From Octopus vulgaris (lineage: Eukaryota): 64,000 nt of DNA. Location of the stretch: assembly GCA_951406725.2 (NCBI GenBank), contig OX597817.1:120094001-120158000 (forward strand). Reading direction: 5' to 3'. The position numbers and the translations under genes are program-made. Numbering within the stretch: position 1 is the first letter of the stretch; each line of letters starts with the position of its first letter. This document shows positions 13,434 through 27,416 of the stretch, piece after piece. The notes under the pieces are model-generated. The model ran no database searches and was not told the DNA's origin. It saw only the letters and a program-made list of their open reading frames with translations.

Positions 13434-16400
13434 GTAACCTTGTATGCATATATGTTTTTCATTTTATGACAACCTTTGTTTAGGAAATTAATTAAATATA
13501 TTGCAGAAATAAAATAGAGATCTTGGGGGAAGTAAAAAATAAAATATTACTGAGCCTTGCAAACTTATTTAAAATCTATTACCGTTTCTTGGTTAAATAT
13601 AAAAATAGATAGTGAATTTTGATAATTAATAACACATACATACTTCATTCTGCACAGGATGTGCAGTTTTCAGAGATTTTCCTTCCAATATTAAATTGCT
13701 GTTTATTTATAAACAATCAATTAATAATCTAAAACAAAACAAATAAGATTTAAAATAAATGGGTGCTGTTTTATTGTCTTAATATTATATTAAGCTCAAT
13801 TAACATACACACTCTGTAAATTATTCTATTGCTTTTTGTTAAAATATTAAAATGAATATAAATAAAAATATTTATATATACTAATCTTCATAATAATATA
13901 AAACTATAATTATTAGTTAATAGATTATCACTTCTTTATAACATATAGCAACAAGAGATTTGAAATATCATAAATTTAATCCATGTGAAACAACTTGTTT
14001 AACTACAAATTCAATAAATTATAGAAATCTCTCAATTTACAAAGGGGCAGTGATTTTATATCAAAGTATAAGTGAACTGTCCACTTATTCCACAAATACA
14101 GATACATGCATATGTGAATGCATTACATAAAAATCTATCAATAATGATGGAGGCAATACGATAGCATCTGTGTTGAAATGAAAACTTAGCTATTGAAGTC
14201 TTTGTATTTATTCCACACATATTTCATATAAATCTTGCTTGTTTTATTTGTTTTTCATTCAATATAATAAAGTGGGTAATGTTAATGTAGTCATTTTGTC
14301 TGGGTTTATGGGGTTCATATAAAATGAATAGCAATTATTGTCATGTATACACACCCACATCTTCATACAAATTGCATTACCAAGTGATGAATAATAACCA
14401 ATCAAAATATTCTGATGTTAACCTAGACAAAATGGCCACAAGAACATTATAGACAAAAATAAAGTTTAGAAAACAATCCTTCAAAATATTTGAAAAATCA
14501 CATAAAACATTTCTAATGCCAAGACCAAAGAAATTAAATTTGTCATTTGACCTCTAACTAAAAATAATGGTTATTAAGTCAGGAGAACCTTTGAAAAATA
14601 TAATGAGAATCTTTTTAGAAATATATGTAAGAGATATTTTGCTATTTTCCCCGATCTACATGAATACAAATTTACATACTTAAAAAAAACAAAATGTAAT
14701 GGAAGTGACGTGAGGCAAACTAGTTTTAATGAAATAAGTTGCCTTTGTGCAGAAGCAAATACAATCTCTGAAGCAATGTTTGAATTCATGACCTATCACT
14801 CAATTCAACACCTTAAATTTAGAGCCACTATGTCTCAACAGTCATTATTCCACTGTAAATGTAGAGGCTGGTTGGCTACAAATCAAAATTTATAAATAAC
14901 ACTTCAATAAAACTGAAAGAACATTGGTGGTCATTGCATAAGAATTAATAAATAATTAATGTATTGCTATGTATATTTAACAATAAATTTAAACACATAT
15001 GCAATGAAATTGGGATAATCTCTGATATTAAAATCTTGTACCATAATTAATATCAATTACATTATCAATAGATTATCTCTTAGACGCACCTTCATAAACC
15101 TTCAGTTTGTTATCATGATTTTCAGTTAATAGAAAGAATATATTTTATATATTTCCTGAATAGGTGTGATAAATTGAAATTCAGTGCTTATAATGCTATG
15201 AGTATCTATATATAGTTGAAATGAAGAACTTTACATACAATTTTCATGCAAAATTTGTCTTCAGCATTTAGTATTTTATAACTTGGTTTCAGTTACAGTT
15301 TGATTGATACATATTGGTAGATTTTTGTAGTATGTTATATATATATATATTTACTAGGTTTTTATAACTCTTTATACTTATAATAAATTTTGAAAATTAT
15401 CAATAAAATTCCCACTGAGGACAAGTCTTGAATATTTTCTTAGAGAAAGTGTGCAGGTATTTCTTTTACCCTCAAACACACTTCAGATTTTTTTTCTTCC
15501 TAAGGTTGCACTTCTCTGGAATTACCTCCTTGTTTAAGTTTTTTACCATTATTCCCTGGGTTATATCCTCCAAATTGAGGCTTAAGAAAAGGTTAAAAAT
15601 CAATTCCCTTTGTAACCTTCTTTCACAGACAGACAAATAAGAAAAAGAAGAAAAAAAAGGAATTGAAGAAAACTTATCTGCAAGAATTAAATTTGCCTCC
15701 CTTCTAATACAATTTTCTAATACATTTATTAATACTCTTTTATTCCTTATATTATTAACAAGACATTAATTATTAAAAACAAAATTCAGTTACATTGATC
15801 TATATGAAGTTCTCTCCATCTCTCTCTCCCTCCCTCTCTCTCTCTCTCACACACACCCTTTTCCCATTAGATCTCTTTATATATATATATGGAATGCTTC
15901 TGATCAAGCTGAGCAGACCAAGGGTTATATAAAACTAACATATACTTTTACTCATATGGATCATTTTCACACTGATTGTAATTATTATAAATAATATATT
16001 TATACGTAATAAATATTTAATCATAACAATTATTTGTAAGTAAGAGAAATATACTCATTATATTTACAAAATCTATCTTAAGATCTACAAACATCAAAGT
16101 ACGTAAACAAATGCCAATTATTTCAGCTTTTAAAGCAAAACATTGACAAACATTTTTACAAGTTTAATCTTTAAGACACCAAAATGTGCATCACTTGTCC
16201 TTATAAATTATGATAGATGAGTCTTAATTTGTTCAAATTACTAGATGCTTAACTTTGAGATATATGAAAAGAACAAGCTGGTATGGGAAGGAAATCTAAA
16301 GAGAAAAGATGTGATAGAGAAATAGTTAGAAAAGAAGACAGAGAAAGAGTAACAAAGATAGTGAGCAAATGAAAGCAAAGGAAGGGATAAAATTTCTCGA

Positions 16401-17004
16401 AAGGGAATAAGATTTCCAACTGGTTTACAATGTAAGGTGAAACATCTTTATTTGATGCCAAGAAGGAAATAGAAAAACTTTTTTTTTTTGCATATATTTG
16501 TTACAAGAATGCTACAGGAACTGAGATATTTAAGAAAAATAATTTGTTTACTTCCTTTCATTTTGTAAATATTCACTAAAACTTTATCAAATTTAAGTAC
16601 CTATAAAGGACTGTGATAAAATATTTATTCAATGAAAAAAAGTTTATATATCAACACCATCTATAAACAATTGAATGTGCTCAAGAAAGGAAGAAGAAAT
16701 ATTTTTGACATTTCAAATTACACCATTTATTTTATTCGATATATGAGAATTGATTGTTTGTTTTAGCATCTGGTGATTTGCAAAAAGTTTTGAAATTTAT
16801 GCTGAACAAAATAGTTAAGTTTTCTTTTTTGGCATAGGTAAGATGAACTTGTTTAATAACCTCTGCTCTTCATTTAGTTTTGTCTTGAGAAAGTTTTAAT
16901 CATTTCTAACTAGTTTTTTTACTAATTGTTTCACTAATTGTTTTAGTTATGTAAGTACATCCAAGCTGGCACAGACACTCTCTCAGTATTGATTTTAATG
17001 ATAC

Positions 17005-17606
17005 ACAGAGGGTGTCACAGGTTGAAGGAAGATGGGTGGGAGATAATCAACAACTAAAGTTGTATATGATCAGAAGAAAATAGCTTAAAATGGTATTACA
17101 AGTGTGCCAGAGAACCTTTGCTGATTCAGTTGAAAATGTTTGTTGGTAGAGTCAGGACAGATACTTGCACAGACAGAGACAGGTACAAAGGAAAATAAAA
17201 GTAATGAAGATGAAAGAAAATGGAATGGAAAAAAGATGAATGGGTACTTTGCAAAAGAGTTGAGAAAGAATATTGATGCCAACAGAATGTAGTGCTGGCT
17301 AAAGAATAGTGACTTGAAGCCACAGATAGAAGTGCTTATCTGTGCTGTGCAGGAACAAGCACTTAGGACAAATCACACCACATACAGGATTGAAAATACA
17401 GTTGAGAGTGACAAGAAGAGATTGTACTGTGATAAAAGTGAGGCTGTATAGCATAGTGTGTATGGGTTTACGAAGCTGGTTCTAAAAGAATACCAAAGAA
17501 GACAAAACACTATAAGAAGGATTCATTGGGAGCTCTGTGGAAAGTATGGATTGGATGAAGCAAAGAATGGTATGCACAAACTCCAGAAGGAGTAATTGAA
17601 AAAAGA
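17005..17606 (+). mobile_element. Decayed R4/Dong-like (RLE-type) non-LTR retrotransposon fragment
   Basis: Frame from 17221: WNGKKMNG...WLKNSDLKPQIEVLICAVQEQALRTN...KEYQRRQN...IHWELCGKYGL, followed after a frameshift by WY...PEGVIE. Matches the pre-knuckle/CCHC/RHD region of R4/Dong. In-frame stops are present. Confidence 0.8.
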
Positions 17607-19349
17607 TATGTGAAGGAATGCATGTGCACACACACACTCACATGTACATGCATACACATGTGCATGCATGCATGTACAGATGCACACACATATATGTGCC
17701 TAATAGCAAAATGACATTGTAATGAAATGGAAACCAAAAATCATTTTTAATATGTTGCTTTAAAAAGTATTCTAATACATAAAAGAAAATATAAATTCCA
17801 TAAAATCCAAAGTATACCTATAATAATGAAATCTTTTCAGTATTGAAATATGTCTGAAAATACACTGTTTTTGAACTATTTCCCAACAGCCTAACAAAGT
17901 CAGGAAAACTTATTATAAGTTGGCTTATATGTTGGCCCTAATTTAATATAGAGATCCAGTAGATTTATAAATTTTAGAAAATATGCACAAACATACATAT
18001 ATATGCTTAATAAATATTCGAGTATTTCAAATTTACCCAGAGAAAGCAAAATTTAGAGTATTAACACATACTGAAAGGAAAAGAAGAAACGAAATACAAT
18101 CTGAAAATAGCTAAGAATTTAATTCAAATAACTCTGGCAAAATATGATCAATTTAATCAAAGTTAAAGTGTAAAATATTTTCTCATAGAGTCTTTCAATA
18201 TTTTCGTCATCAATGGAAACGCAAAGGGATAAGGTTATATTTAGTACAAAAGAAATGTACCATTAGAAATAAGAAATATACAATTGCTACAGTGAAGAGC
18301 AGTAGATATACTTTATTCTTTGAAAAGTTCTTACTGGTGAAAATATATGAACATTTAGAATTCAGAGTTCAGAATCCATTTCAATTAAGTTTATTCAATG
18401 CAGTATGCATTTAAGTTTTCCACCATCAGGGAATACTGTGATTTTAAATGACAGCAATGAGCTATCATTACAAGGGAAATGGCTGAACAAGATAAAGGAA
18501 TTTCTAAAGCTTACAACCTTATCCTAAGTGGATGAGGTATTTTCTCATGGAACATGAGTTCAAATCTATTGCTGGAGTTTACTTATGTTGCTGAAAAAAA
18601 ACGATTATAGCAGCGACTCCATCTAAGAATATCTAAAGAAGGAATATTATTTCGAAATATCATATCAGGCATGGATGACAAAATTACAACAGGTATATAG
18701 CCCATTGTCTATATTATAGTGCATTGTTGTACCATTGAAAACTTTTTATTTGTTACAAACAATACACAATGCTTCAAGCAAACTACAATACTCTCCTACT
18801 ATATTTTATGTTATTCATTTTACACAAATAACTACAAATGTTATCTTTGAGAGGCTGGTAGCTTTATCAAAGAAAGAATTTGTTAGTCATCTACTTCCTT
18901 GTCATGAAACCAGAGTTATGCACTTATGGTTTTTTTTCCTTTTTAATAAAGCTTTAACAGAGGAGGAAAGAGTAAACTGACACATTTACAGTACTATTCT
19001 ACAAGTCACCTTTTGTTGATATCTTCTCAAGTCATCCTTGGCAACTCTGAGCAATGTCCAAGTCAGTTCCCTTCTCTGTGAAATATTCCTTCATCTGGCA
19101 TGACCATGAGCAATAATAGCCTAAAATTCCTGTCAAAATTCAGAACAGACCATGGGAAAAGAGAAGCATTCGGTTTCCACTACAACTAGGTTGTGCCTCT
19201 TAAGAAAACATCTACTAACATGTATCACCAATTCCTAAGCTAAAAAGCACATGTTCCAGTTACCATGGATTCCTCCCATTTAACCTGCTATATATAACAA
19301 CCAAACCACCTTCAAATTTTAGCCTACGATATTTTTTATATCCTTTCTA

Positions 19350-19528
19350 CTATAGGTACAAAGCATGAAATATTGAAGGAGGAGACTAATCAACTACATT
19401 AGCTCCAGTGTTCATCTGATACTTAATTCATCAATTCCCAAAGGATTTTGAACTCAGAGCAAACAGACATATGAAATGCTGCTAAGCAGTTTGTCTAACA
19501 TACTAATAATTCTGCCAGCTCACTGCTT
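19350..19528 (-). mobile_element. Degenerate SINE, family B (as 39913)
   Basis: tttgaactcagagc...gctaagca...ttctgccagctcactgc is the reverse complement of the family B head. Confidence 0.65.
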
Positions 19529-19552
19529 TTAGTAATATAGAAAAGTAGAAGT

Positions 19553-19595
19553 ATATATGTATATTCCAAGTTGCTGACTTGGAATATACATATAT
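19553..19595. repeat. Perfect 19 bp inverted repeat with 5 nt loop
   Basis: atatatgtatattccaagt-tgctg-acttggaatatacatatat. Confidence 0.9.
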
Positions 19596-20351
19596 GAATG
19601 AAATTTTGCAAACAAGTACATTTTCTTCAAAGAGAAAGTAATAGAATATATAATTTTTTGCAAAATTTCTTCCTTTCACCTCTTAAAAAAGCTAAGAATA
19701 TTGTAGACTCATAAAACCTGCAATAGACACTTAAAAATCAAGGATTTGAAAAATACCTAAGAATAATTACATAAATTAGTACAGTAGTCACCCTCACCTC
19801 GCAAAAACATCTTTGGTTAGAAAATAAAAACATGTAAGGCTAAAAGCTTATTTTTGGTAATTTTATTTTGTGTAATTTTATGGAACTTGACCGTACTGCA
19901 AGTTTTTGATAAAGAGGGATAGATTGAATAATATAATTACAGAGCCAATTTGGACAGACATGGGGATAAACAACAAAATTTTGCAACAAAAGAATACATC
20001 TGCTCCTTAAATATATAAGGACATATAAATTTCAAAAACCACTCAATTCATACAGAAGGCTTAAGATGGAAAGCACTTATTACATAACTTGCAGATTATA
20101 TTATGCTACAGTAATTATACTGCTCAATATTATACTAATGATGCAAATTACGCCAATTATATTGCTTGATATTATAATGAATGATAATTACTATACTAGT
20201 TATATTAATTTATATTTTAAAAACAAAATAAGTTAGCTGCCATCTAATTGCAATATATTACAGAAAATATTTTTCCACATCTTAACTACAAAATAATTAT
20301 GACAAAGTCTCAGATATGTAAAACATTTGAATCAGATTAAATTATCCATGT

Positions 20352-21131
20352 AAAATTAAGAGTTATATGATATCTTTGGTTATAATTTTTAGTATACTAC
20401 AAAGATCAGCAAAATATATAGCAAAATAATTTACAGACACACAGGATACAAAATGATTGCATTATTTCTTAAAATAATAATAGACTTACATGACTAATCT
20501 TAAAAATTAATTTAAGTTTTTTTGTTCATGTATTTCTATTTTGAACATTCTAATTTTACATGTCACCTTTTTTTTTTATTTAATAAATTAAACAATGTTT
20601 ACAGGCTAAATCAAAACTGAGTTTTGGTGAGTAACATATACTTTAGTGGGGTTTGATGAAATCAAAATGTGTTGAAAAAATATTTCTATATACCTGGAGG
20701 TGTGTGTAAAATAAAAAGACAAAATTCAAGGGAGGTATGTCCAGTATAACAAGTTGATTGAAATACTTGTATAATATAAACAATGCCAACTGAAGATAAT
20801 CTGGCATTTAAGCCTACTGGTGAAAACAGCCAACATGCTTTAGTTTTATTAAATCTCCTCAGTAAAGCATTTACCAAAAGTAACTTAATCTTGAACCAGC
20901 ATTAAAATTTTGTTTAATTTATTAAATAAAAACAGATAACAGATAACATTAGAATGTTTAAAATAGAAATAAATGTACAAATAAACTGTAATTAAGTTTT
21001 AAGGTACATCATGTAAGTTTTTTATTTCTTTAATAAAGCATGCAATCTTCCTGTATACCAGATGCCTGTAAATTATTTTAGCTAACCCTTGTAGTATATT
21101 CTAAAAAATGTCATGTAACTTTTAATTTTAA
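20352..21131. mobile_element. Degenerate fold-back / long-TIR MITE-like palindrome, centre ~20752
   Basis: Collinear inverted blocks include tttatttaataaattaaacaa (~20576) / ttgtttaatttattaaataaa (~20909), tatttctattttgaacattctaat (20531) / attagaatgtttaaaatagaaata (~20948), acttacatga / tcatgtaagt and aaataatttacag / ctgtaaattattt. Confidence 0.75.
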
Positions 21132-21678
21132 ATACCTGTATGGCAATAATATAAATTTGAAGTGGTGGAAGTCAATAAATAACTAATATTAAAGATTTCT
21201 TGATCTTTAGGCAAGATCAATAAAAGAAGAAAAAAATAAGCCTTTATACAATATTTGCTAAGGATTTTGGTAAATAAGGATAGACTTCCAGCAAAATGTC
21301 AACCTGAACATATTTTCAAATATCACTTCTGAGGTGATGAGATTTGTCAGCAGTGCACTTCATAGAAGCTCTCATTGATTATCTTATAACTACTGTTCTC
21401 TTAAGGCTACATAATTCAATAAGTTGCTTGACAGAGCAATATCAGGAGATTTTATATTTATTTGGATTGTACCATGTGCTATGCAAGATATATATTGAAA
21501 TAAGTAGAAAAGTAAAGTAGCCAAATAAGGCTGAAAGAACTAATTATAACAAGGGATTTTACAGTAGAGAAAAATTATGGATTGCATATAATTAACTTAT
21601 ATTTTACATAAAATTTGTTTGAAAATTCTTTCATCTATTTAATAAGGCTTCAAAAACATTGTGCAAAAAATTAGAGAC

Positions 21679-21805
21679 ACAAGCATGGCTGTGTGGTTAA
21701 GAGTCCACTTTGCAGCCACACAGTTTCAAGGTCAGTCCCACTGCATGGCACATTGGACAAGTATCCTCTACTATAGCCTCCAGTCAACACATGTCTAGTG
21801 AGAAA
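21679..21805 (+). mobile_element. SINE head fragment (family A-like)
   Basis: catggctgtgtggttaag...cagtcccactgcatggcacattggacaagtatcctctactatagcc. Confidence 0.75.
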
Positions 21806-22095
21806 ATTTAACATCTATTATAAATACATATATATTCTTTTATTTCACTCTAATGAACTTATATCTGTATACACCTGCATATATCTATTTAAAGGTACCC
21901 ACTATTTTGCTCTCATGAAAGTGCATCTCTCCATGTCACCCTACCAATCATTTTCCACTTAAACTATAACATTCTGTCAGGGTAAACCAATCCATTCTAT
22001 AGTCACTTCCCCTTTACCTAAACAATTTTAACTAGCATATCAGTTTCTATGGGACCATACAATTTAGGTGGACAACAATATGATAATATAAACAT

Positions 22096-22506
22096 AGGTG
22101 TAGGAGAGGCTATGTGGTAAGTAGCTTGCTTACCAACCACATGGTTCCGGGTTCAGTCCCACTGTGTGGCACCTTGGGCAAGTGTCTTCTACTATAGCCT
22201 CGGGCCAACTGAAGCCTTCTGAGGGAATTTGGTAGATGGAAACTGAAAGAAGCTCATCGTATACATATGTATATATATATATGCATATGTGTGTGTGTGT
22301 ATGTTTGAGTGTCTGTGTTTGTCCCCCCAACATCGCTTGACAACCGATGCTGGTGTGTTTACATCCCTGTAACTTAGCAGTTCAGCAAAAGAGACTGATA
22401 GAATAAGTACTAGGCTTACAAAGAATAAGTCATGGGGTCGAATTGCTCGACTAAAGGCAGTGCTCCAGCATGGCCACAGTCAAATGACTGAAACAAGTAA
22501 AAGAGT
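22096..22506 (+). mobile_element. Full-length SINE, family A (tRNA head, internal (TA)n(TG)n, GTAAAAGA tail)
   Basis: Collinear with the 43207-43608 copy and the reverse complement of 29787-30200. Contains A/B-box-like motifs and ACCTTGGGCAAGT. Confidence 0.92.
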
Positions 22507-22919
22507 ATACCAGTAATGATACTGAAACATTATAATAGCATTTTTGAGTAAATGATGGACTGATATAACTAAATGATTGTAGACAGATATAAACTATTAT
22601 GAATATCACAAATTCAGGTGAAAAGCAATATAATCTTGCCAGTAGATGTAATCACCAAATTATATGTACTTTTTTGAGTAAATAAACGACTGATATAACA
22701 TTGAATATTACACATTCTTTCTACATTCTAGAAGTGAGCTTTTAAGTCTCTGGTTGCACGTAAAAATAATCTCTGAGTGCTTGCTGATTATTTTATCATT
22801 ACATAATATCATTTCAAGTGTCTTTTCCAAGGAGAGGTCATACTCTTTTGAGTATGCATTATAAGGTTTGCATTTCTATTACTGTCCAAGTCATGCTGTA
22901 TTGTATTTTATTCCCACTC

Positions 22920-22922
22920 GAG

Positions 22923-22957
<35 letters not shown>

Positions 22958-22976
22958 TATATATATATATTGAGGT

Positions 22977-23030
<54 letters not shown>

Positions 23031-23034
23031 AGGT

Positions 23035-23066
<32 letters not shown>

Positions 23067-23110
23067 TGAGGTACACACACACATATATATATATATATAT
23101 TTATTGAGGT

Positions 23111-23155
<45 letters not shown>
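22920..23155. repeat. Higher-order compound microsatellite [GAGGT(AC)n(AT)nT] x5
   Basis: GAGGTAC anchors at 22920, 22972, 23030, 23068 and 23106. Confidence 0.9.
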
Positions 23156-23156
<1 letters not shown>

Positions 23157-24226
23157 GCTCATGTTAGCCCTTTACTACATTCATCTCATTTTTTACACTC
23201 TCATGAACTTGCATACTCATTCACTCTGTCCAATCTTCTGCATCACTTCTTTTATGTAAACCTTTCTCTAACTTGAGAATATGTGCTGACACCTATTCAC
23301 CAAATTTCTTTCCTTTTCCAACAGAGGTAGCCATGTATTTCCTCTACTGCAACACACCTGTTTCTGTTCCTCTGTCATACATTATCTTATCAGCTGGCGT
23401 AAATCCCCCTCCCTCAATACTACAACCCACTTCTGTTGAAGAGTTCTATCTTGCAAGTTATTTGGTGACCTCACTAGTCCAGTGCCATATAAAAACCACC
23501 CAGTACACACTCTGTGTTGATTTAATTAAAACCTTTGCACAAGACTGGACTAATGACATGAAAAATTCATCTTGGTGAAGTCAGAATATGTAAGTAAATA
23601 CTTCAAGACAATATGCCATCCATCCCTCTTTCAAATATACATGGATTTCTAACATGAGTAGAAGGCCACAAATTTGGTATAAGATGAGCAGTTTATTATA
23701 TAACCCCATTATTTCACTGGTATGTATTTAATAAACCCTGGAAAGATAATAAGCGACAATGATAACCTCAATAGAATTGAAATTTAGCATATATGAAAAC
23801 AACTAAATACACATAGAATTTTGTAAGCTTCTCCATTAATATTACCATCTATTGCCTGTATTTTCTATACATGTATAAATCATATGAAAATCTTTATAGA
23901 GAAAGTGATGTTAAAATCAGTTAACTTATGTGTATAATAAGTATAATAAGCTAATACTTATTTCAGTTATTGAAAAACAGAAATATTACAGATGTCATTG
24001 TTTCATCGATTTTTCATTTGTCAGAGAGGAAATCATGTCTAATGTTTCAAATGGACCAGTGACAACAACACTTACAACAGTTTGCAGTCATCTACTGTTG
24101 GGTTTTTCAATATGATGGTCCCCCTATGAATAACTTAGAAAGCAATAATCTGAAGAGGAAAACAGTAAAACTAGGTGTATGTCTTACTTATCAGACACAC
24201 GCAAAGGCTTCAATCAAAACCAAGAC

Positions 24227-24280
<54 letters not shown>

Positions 24281-24297
24281 TAACAACAACAACAACA
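24227..24297. repeat. (AAT)n/(AAC)n microsatellite
   Basis: Seen directly. It explains the poly-N and poly-L ORFs in the track. Confidence 0.95.
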
Positions 24298-25359
24298 AAA
24301 ATTTCATAAATAAAATTTGAATGTCAAGAAATAAGGTGAGGGCTATCAAAGACTGAGTAAATCTAAAATATTTGGCAGGCAAAAATTCCTGAGATAAGAA
24401 TCAACTTAGCAGAAGTAAAAACAATTATGTGCTTTCTTTTGCTACAATAATAGATTATATCTTATTACTTATTGTATTTATCTTACTGATATGTGTACCC
24501 ATTAAGTCTTATGTACCTTCATCATACTGACAATTACTTGAGAAATTGTCATCATAAACATAAAAGGTTTGAGAGAAACTAACAGTCACATGGAAAAATA
24601 TTTCATTTATTCATAATTGTTCTCTTATTAAAAATAAATCTAAGCTACTTAAATCTGCCACAAAATGATGCATTTCGAATAAAAAGCTATGAAAAGTCTC
24701 TAGCTTGTCACTCAGCCTTAATACACTAAAATATAGTCTTTCAAACATTGATTTATAACAATTGCCAAAACAAAATAAATATATTTCAACAAAACAAGGA
24801 ACAAAAATGTCTGATTTAAATATGTTACACTATTGCTATGTAAAAATTTAGCTACTGACTAAATACTAATTGAATTAAATGGTAGGTTTATCTAGTTATA
24901 GCAATTAATTCCATCATCATCTTCAACATTAGTGCATCATCATTATTCTCTGTTCTTTTCACTTATGAGGTTTAAATTTCTCATGACAAATGAATAAAAA
25001 ATGCATTAACAATCTAATTGAATTTGTCTGATGTAGTGATAATGATAGGCCTTGTAATTAACCACTTCTTTTATTGATATGGCAAAATTTTCTCAAATAC
25101 TAAGAGATAACAAGTAAGTTTGTCTTAGAAAATTAGATCTTAATAATTTCACACAAAAATGACACAGCTTTAAAATGAAGCAGATGTCAATTCTACCATA
25201 ATAACTCTAGTATATTCCATTGATTAATCTCAAGTGAATAAATAATGTAGACCACCTGTCCTACACTACTTTTTCAGTTGCTTCAGCTAAATATTTACTG
25301 AGTTTCACATACAGTATGAGAAATAATATACAAGAAATACAAATACAATTTTGTGTAGA

Positions 25360-25660
25360 GGCATGTTTCTCAGTGGTTAGGTTATGATGTTGTGCTCATA
25401 ATCATAAGATTCTTATTTCAATTCCTGGACCAGACAGTGTGTTGTGTTCTTGAGCAGAACATTTCATGATGTTGTGCTCATAATCATAAGATTCTTATTT
25501 CAATTCCTGGACCAGACAGTGTGTTGTGTTCTTGAGCAGAACATTTCATTTCATGTTGCTCCAACCCATTCAGCCAACAAAAATTAGTAATTTTGTGATG
25601 GGCTGGTATCACATCCAGGGGAAGAATATATATGCCACAAAATCTAGAAAACAGACCTCT
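25360..25660 (+). mobile_element. Old SINE, family C, with internal 82 bp perfect tandem duplication
   Basis: 25384-25465 equals 25466-25547. The head is homologous to 26138-26390. Confidence 0.75.
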
Positions 25661-26137
25661 GTATGTAACTTTCTAAGGCATTATCATATGCAAAGTATTA
25701 ATTTCCTACCAGTATACTTGCTTTAAATTGAGTTTAAGCACTGCCTAAAATATAACTAATTGTAATAACAAGATCTTCAAACTTTCACTTTACACTTTAA
25801 ACTAATCTTCTAATGTAAAATTAAATTCAATATACTAAATTAGGAAAAGAAATATTGAACCTTTGATTGGATTCAAAGTAACTATCTATCATTTTCCAGG
25901 TAACAGCATTACTCATTCCACAAGAAAGCATCTACCACAGCTTCTTAAATTAAATACAAAAATATAATTATTATAATTAAAAATAATTTGTTGTTATTTT
26001 ACTATGAAATATTTTATCCCATAAGATAATTACAGTCATACATTACATACATACACATATAACATGTATGGATACAGGTATACTAATGCCCAACAGAAAA
26101 AGGTGCCCCAATTTCACTTGATGTTTGTAACAACCAG

Positions 26138-26390
26138 CAGAAGCACGTGGTTCACTAAGTTAGGGTGTTGCACTCATGATCATAAGATTGTGGTTTTGAT
26201 TCTTGGACTGGACAATGTGTTTTGTGCTTGTGCAAAACACTTCATTTCACATTACTCCAGTCCCCTCAGCTAGAAAAAAAGAGTATTCCTGCAATGGACT
26301 GGCATCCCTTCCAGTGGGGAGTTAATTTGCCTAAGAATCCAAGGAACTGGTTCCATGAGTCTACATGACTTGGGAAGGAACTTTTTACCT
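26138..26390 (+). mobile_element. Old SINE, family C
   Basis: Degenerate tRNA-like head (gtggttcactaagttagggtgttgcactcatgatc...gttttgattc) followed by cacttcatttcacattactccagtcc. Confidence 0.7.
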
Positions 26391-27367
26391 TTGTAACAAG
26401 AAATAACTACGTGAATCAAAGGAAGAATTACAAACAATCTTTGCAAAAGCAGATATGATCAAATATGAACTGCTGAAAATTTAAATATAAAGTGATATTA
26501 GATATATGCACCAATCTGAGATACGAAAGTTTATTAGTTAATTCATACCTAACTTGATTCATCAGGTTGCTTCTTCTGACAAACATATCCTGATAATGCT
26601 AAAATATCATAGTAATTTTATTAATGCAAGTAAGAGTTAAAATTTAAAAAATTATAAATGAAACTGAATTCTATACAAAAATTAGTCTGGTACCTTCATT
26701 TATATCCTTGATTTATCTACAAGTTGACATAAGGATTTGTAATATTTCCCAGCTACATTTGCTATATAATACTTCATATGTACATTATTTATATTTCCCT
26801 TTTCTTTTCTGACATATAAATTTTAGCGTTATTCTTTCCTACAAAACCCAAAAAGAATTTTACATGAAAATGAACTTTAAATTCTAACATCTAGTATATA
26901 TTCTTCACACAGGTAATTCTTTTACTTGCATCCATGAAAAATGTATAAATGTATTCCACAGTCTTTAACCATTTTATGAGAATTTCTTTTCTAAATTTTT
27001 TTCAACTGCTAAAGGAAGAAATAACTTTCTAAATACTTTTCCTGGAGGAAAAATTACAAACAATCTTTGCAAAAGCAGATATGATCAAATAATTTTTAAT
27101 CTATTAGGGAAATAGTCTGTGATGGAATATGTATCTGTCACATTTAAGAAAAATTTATATACAAAGAAAAATAAAATAGAAACATAAACTTGTAATATTT
27201 TAGAAACTGAATTTAACATTGCAAAGAATAAATTCTAATATCTGAAATAAGAAAGTAAACATCAAAATAATGAACTTTATATAAAGGTCTAATATTACAT
27301 ATATTCCAGAGAAATACACGTTTCTTTCTCTCTTTCTCGATATATATATATATATACGTATATATAA

Positions 27368-27416
<49 letters not shown>

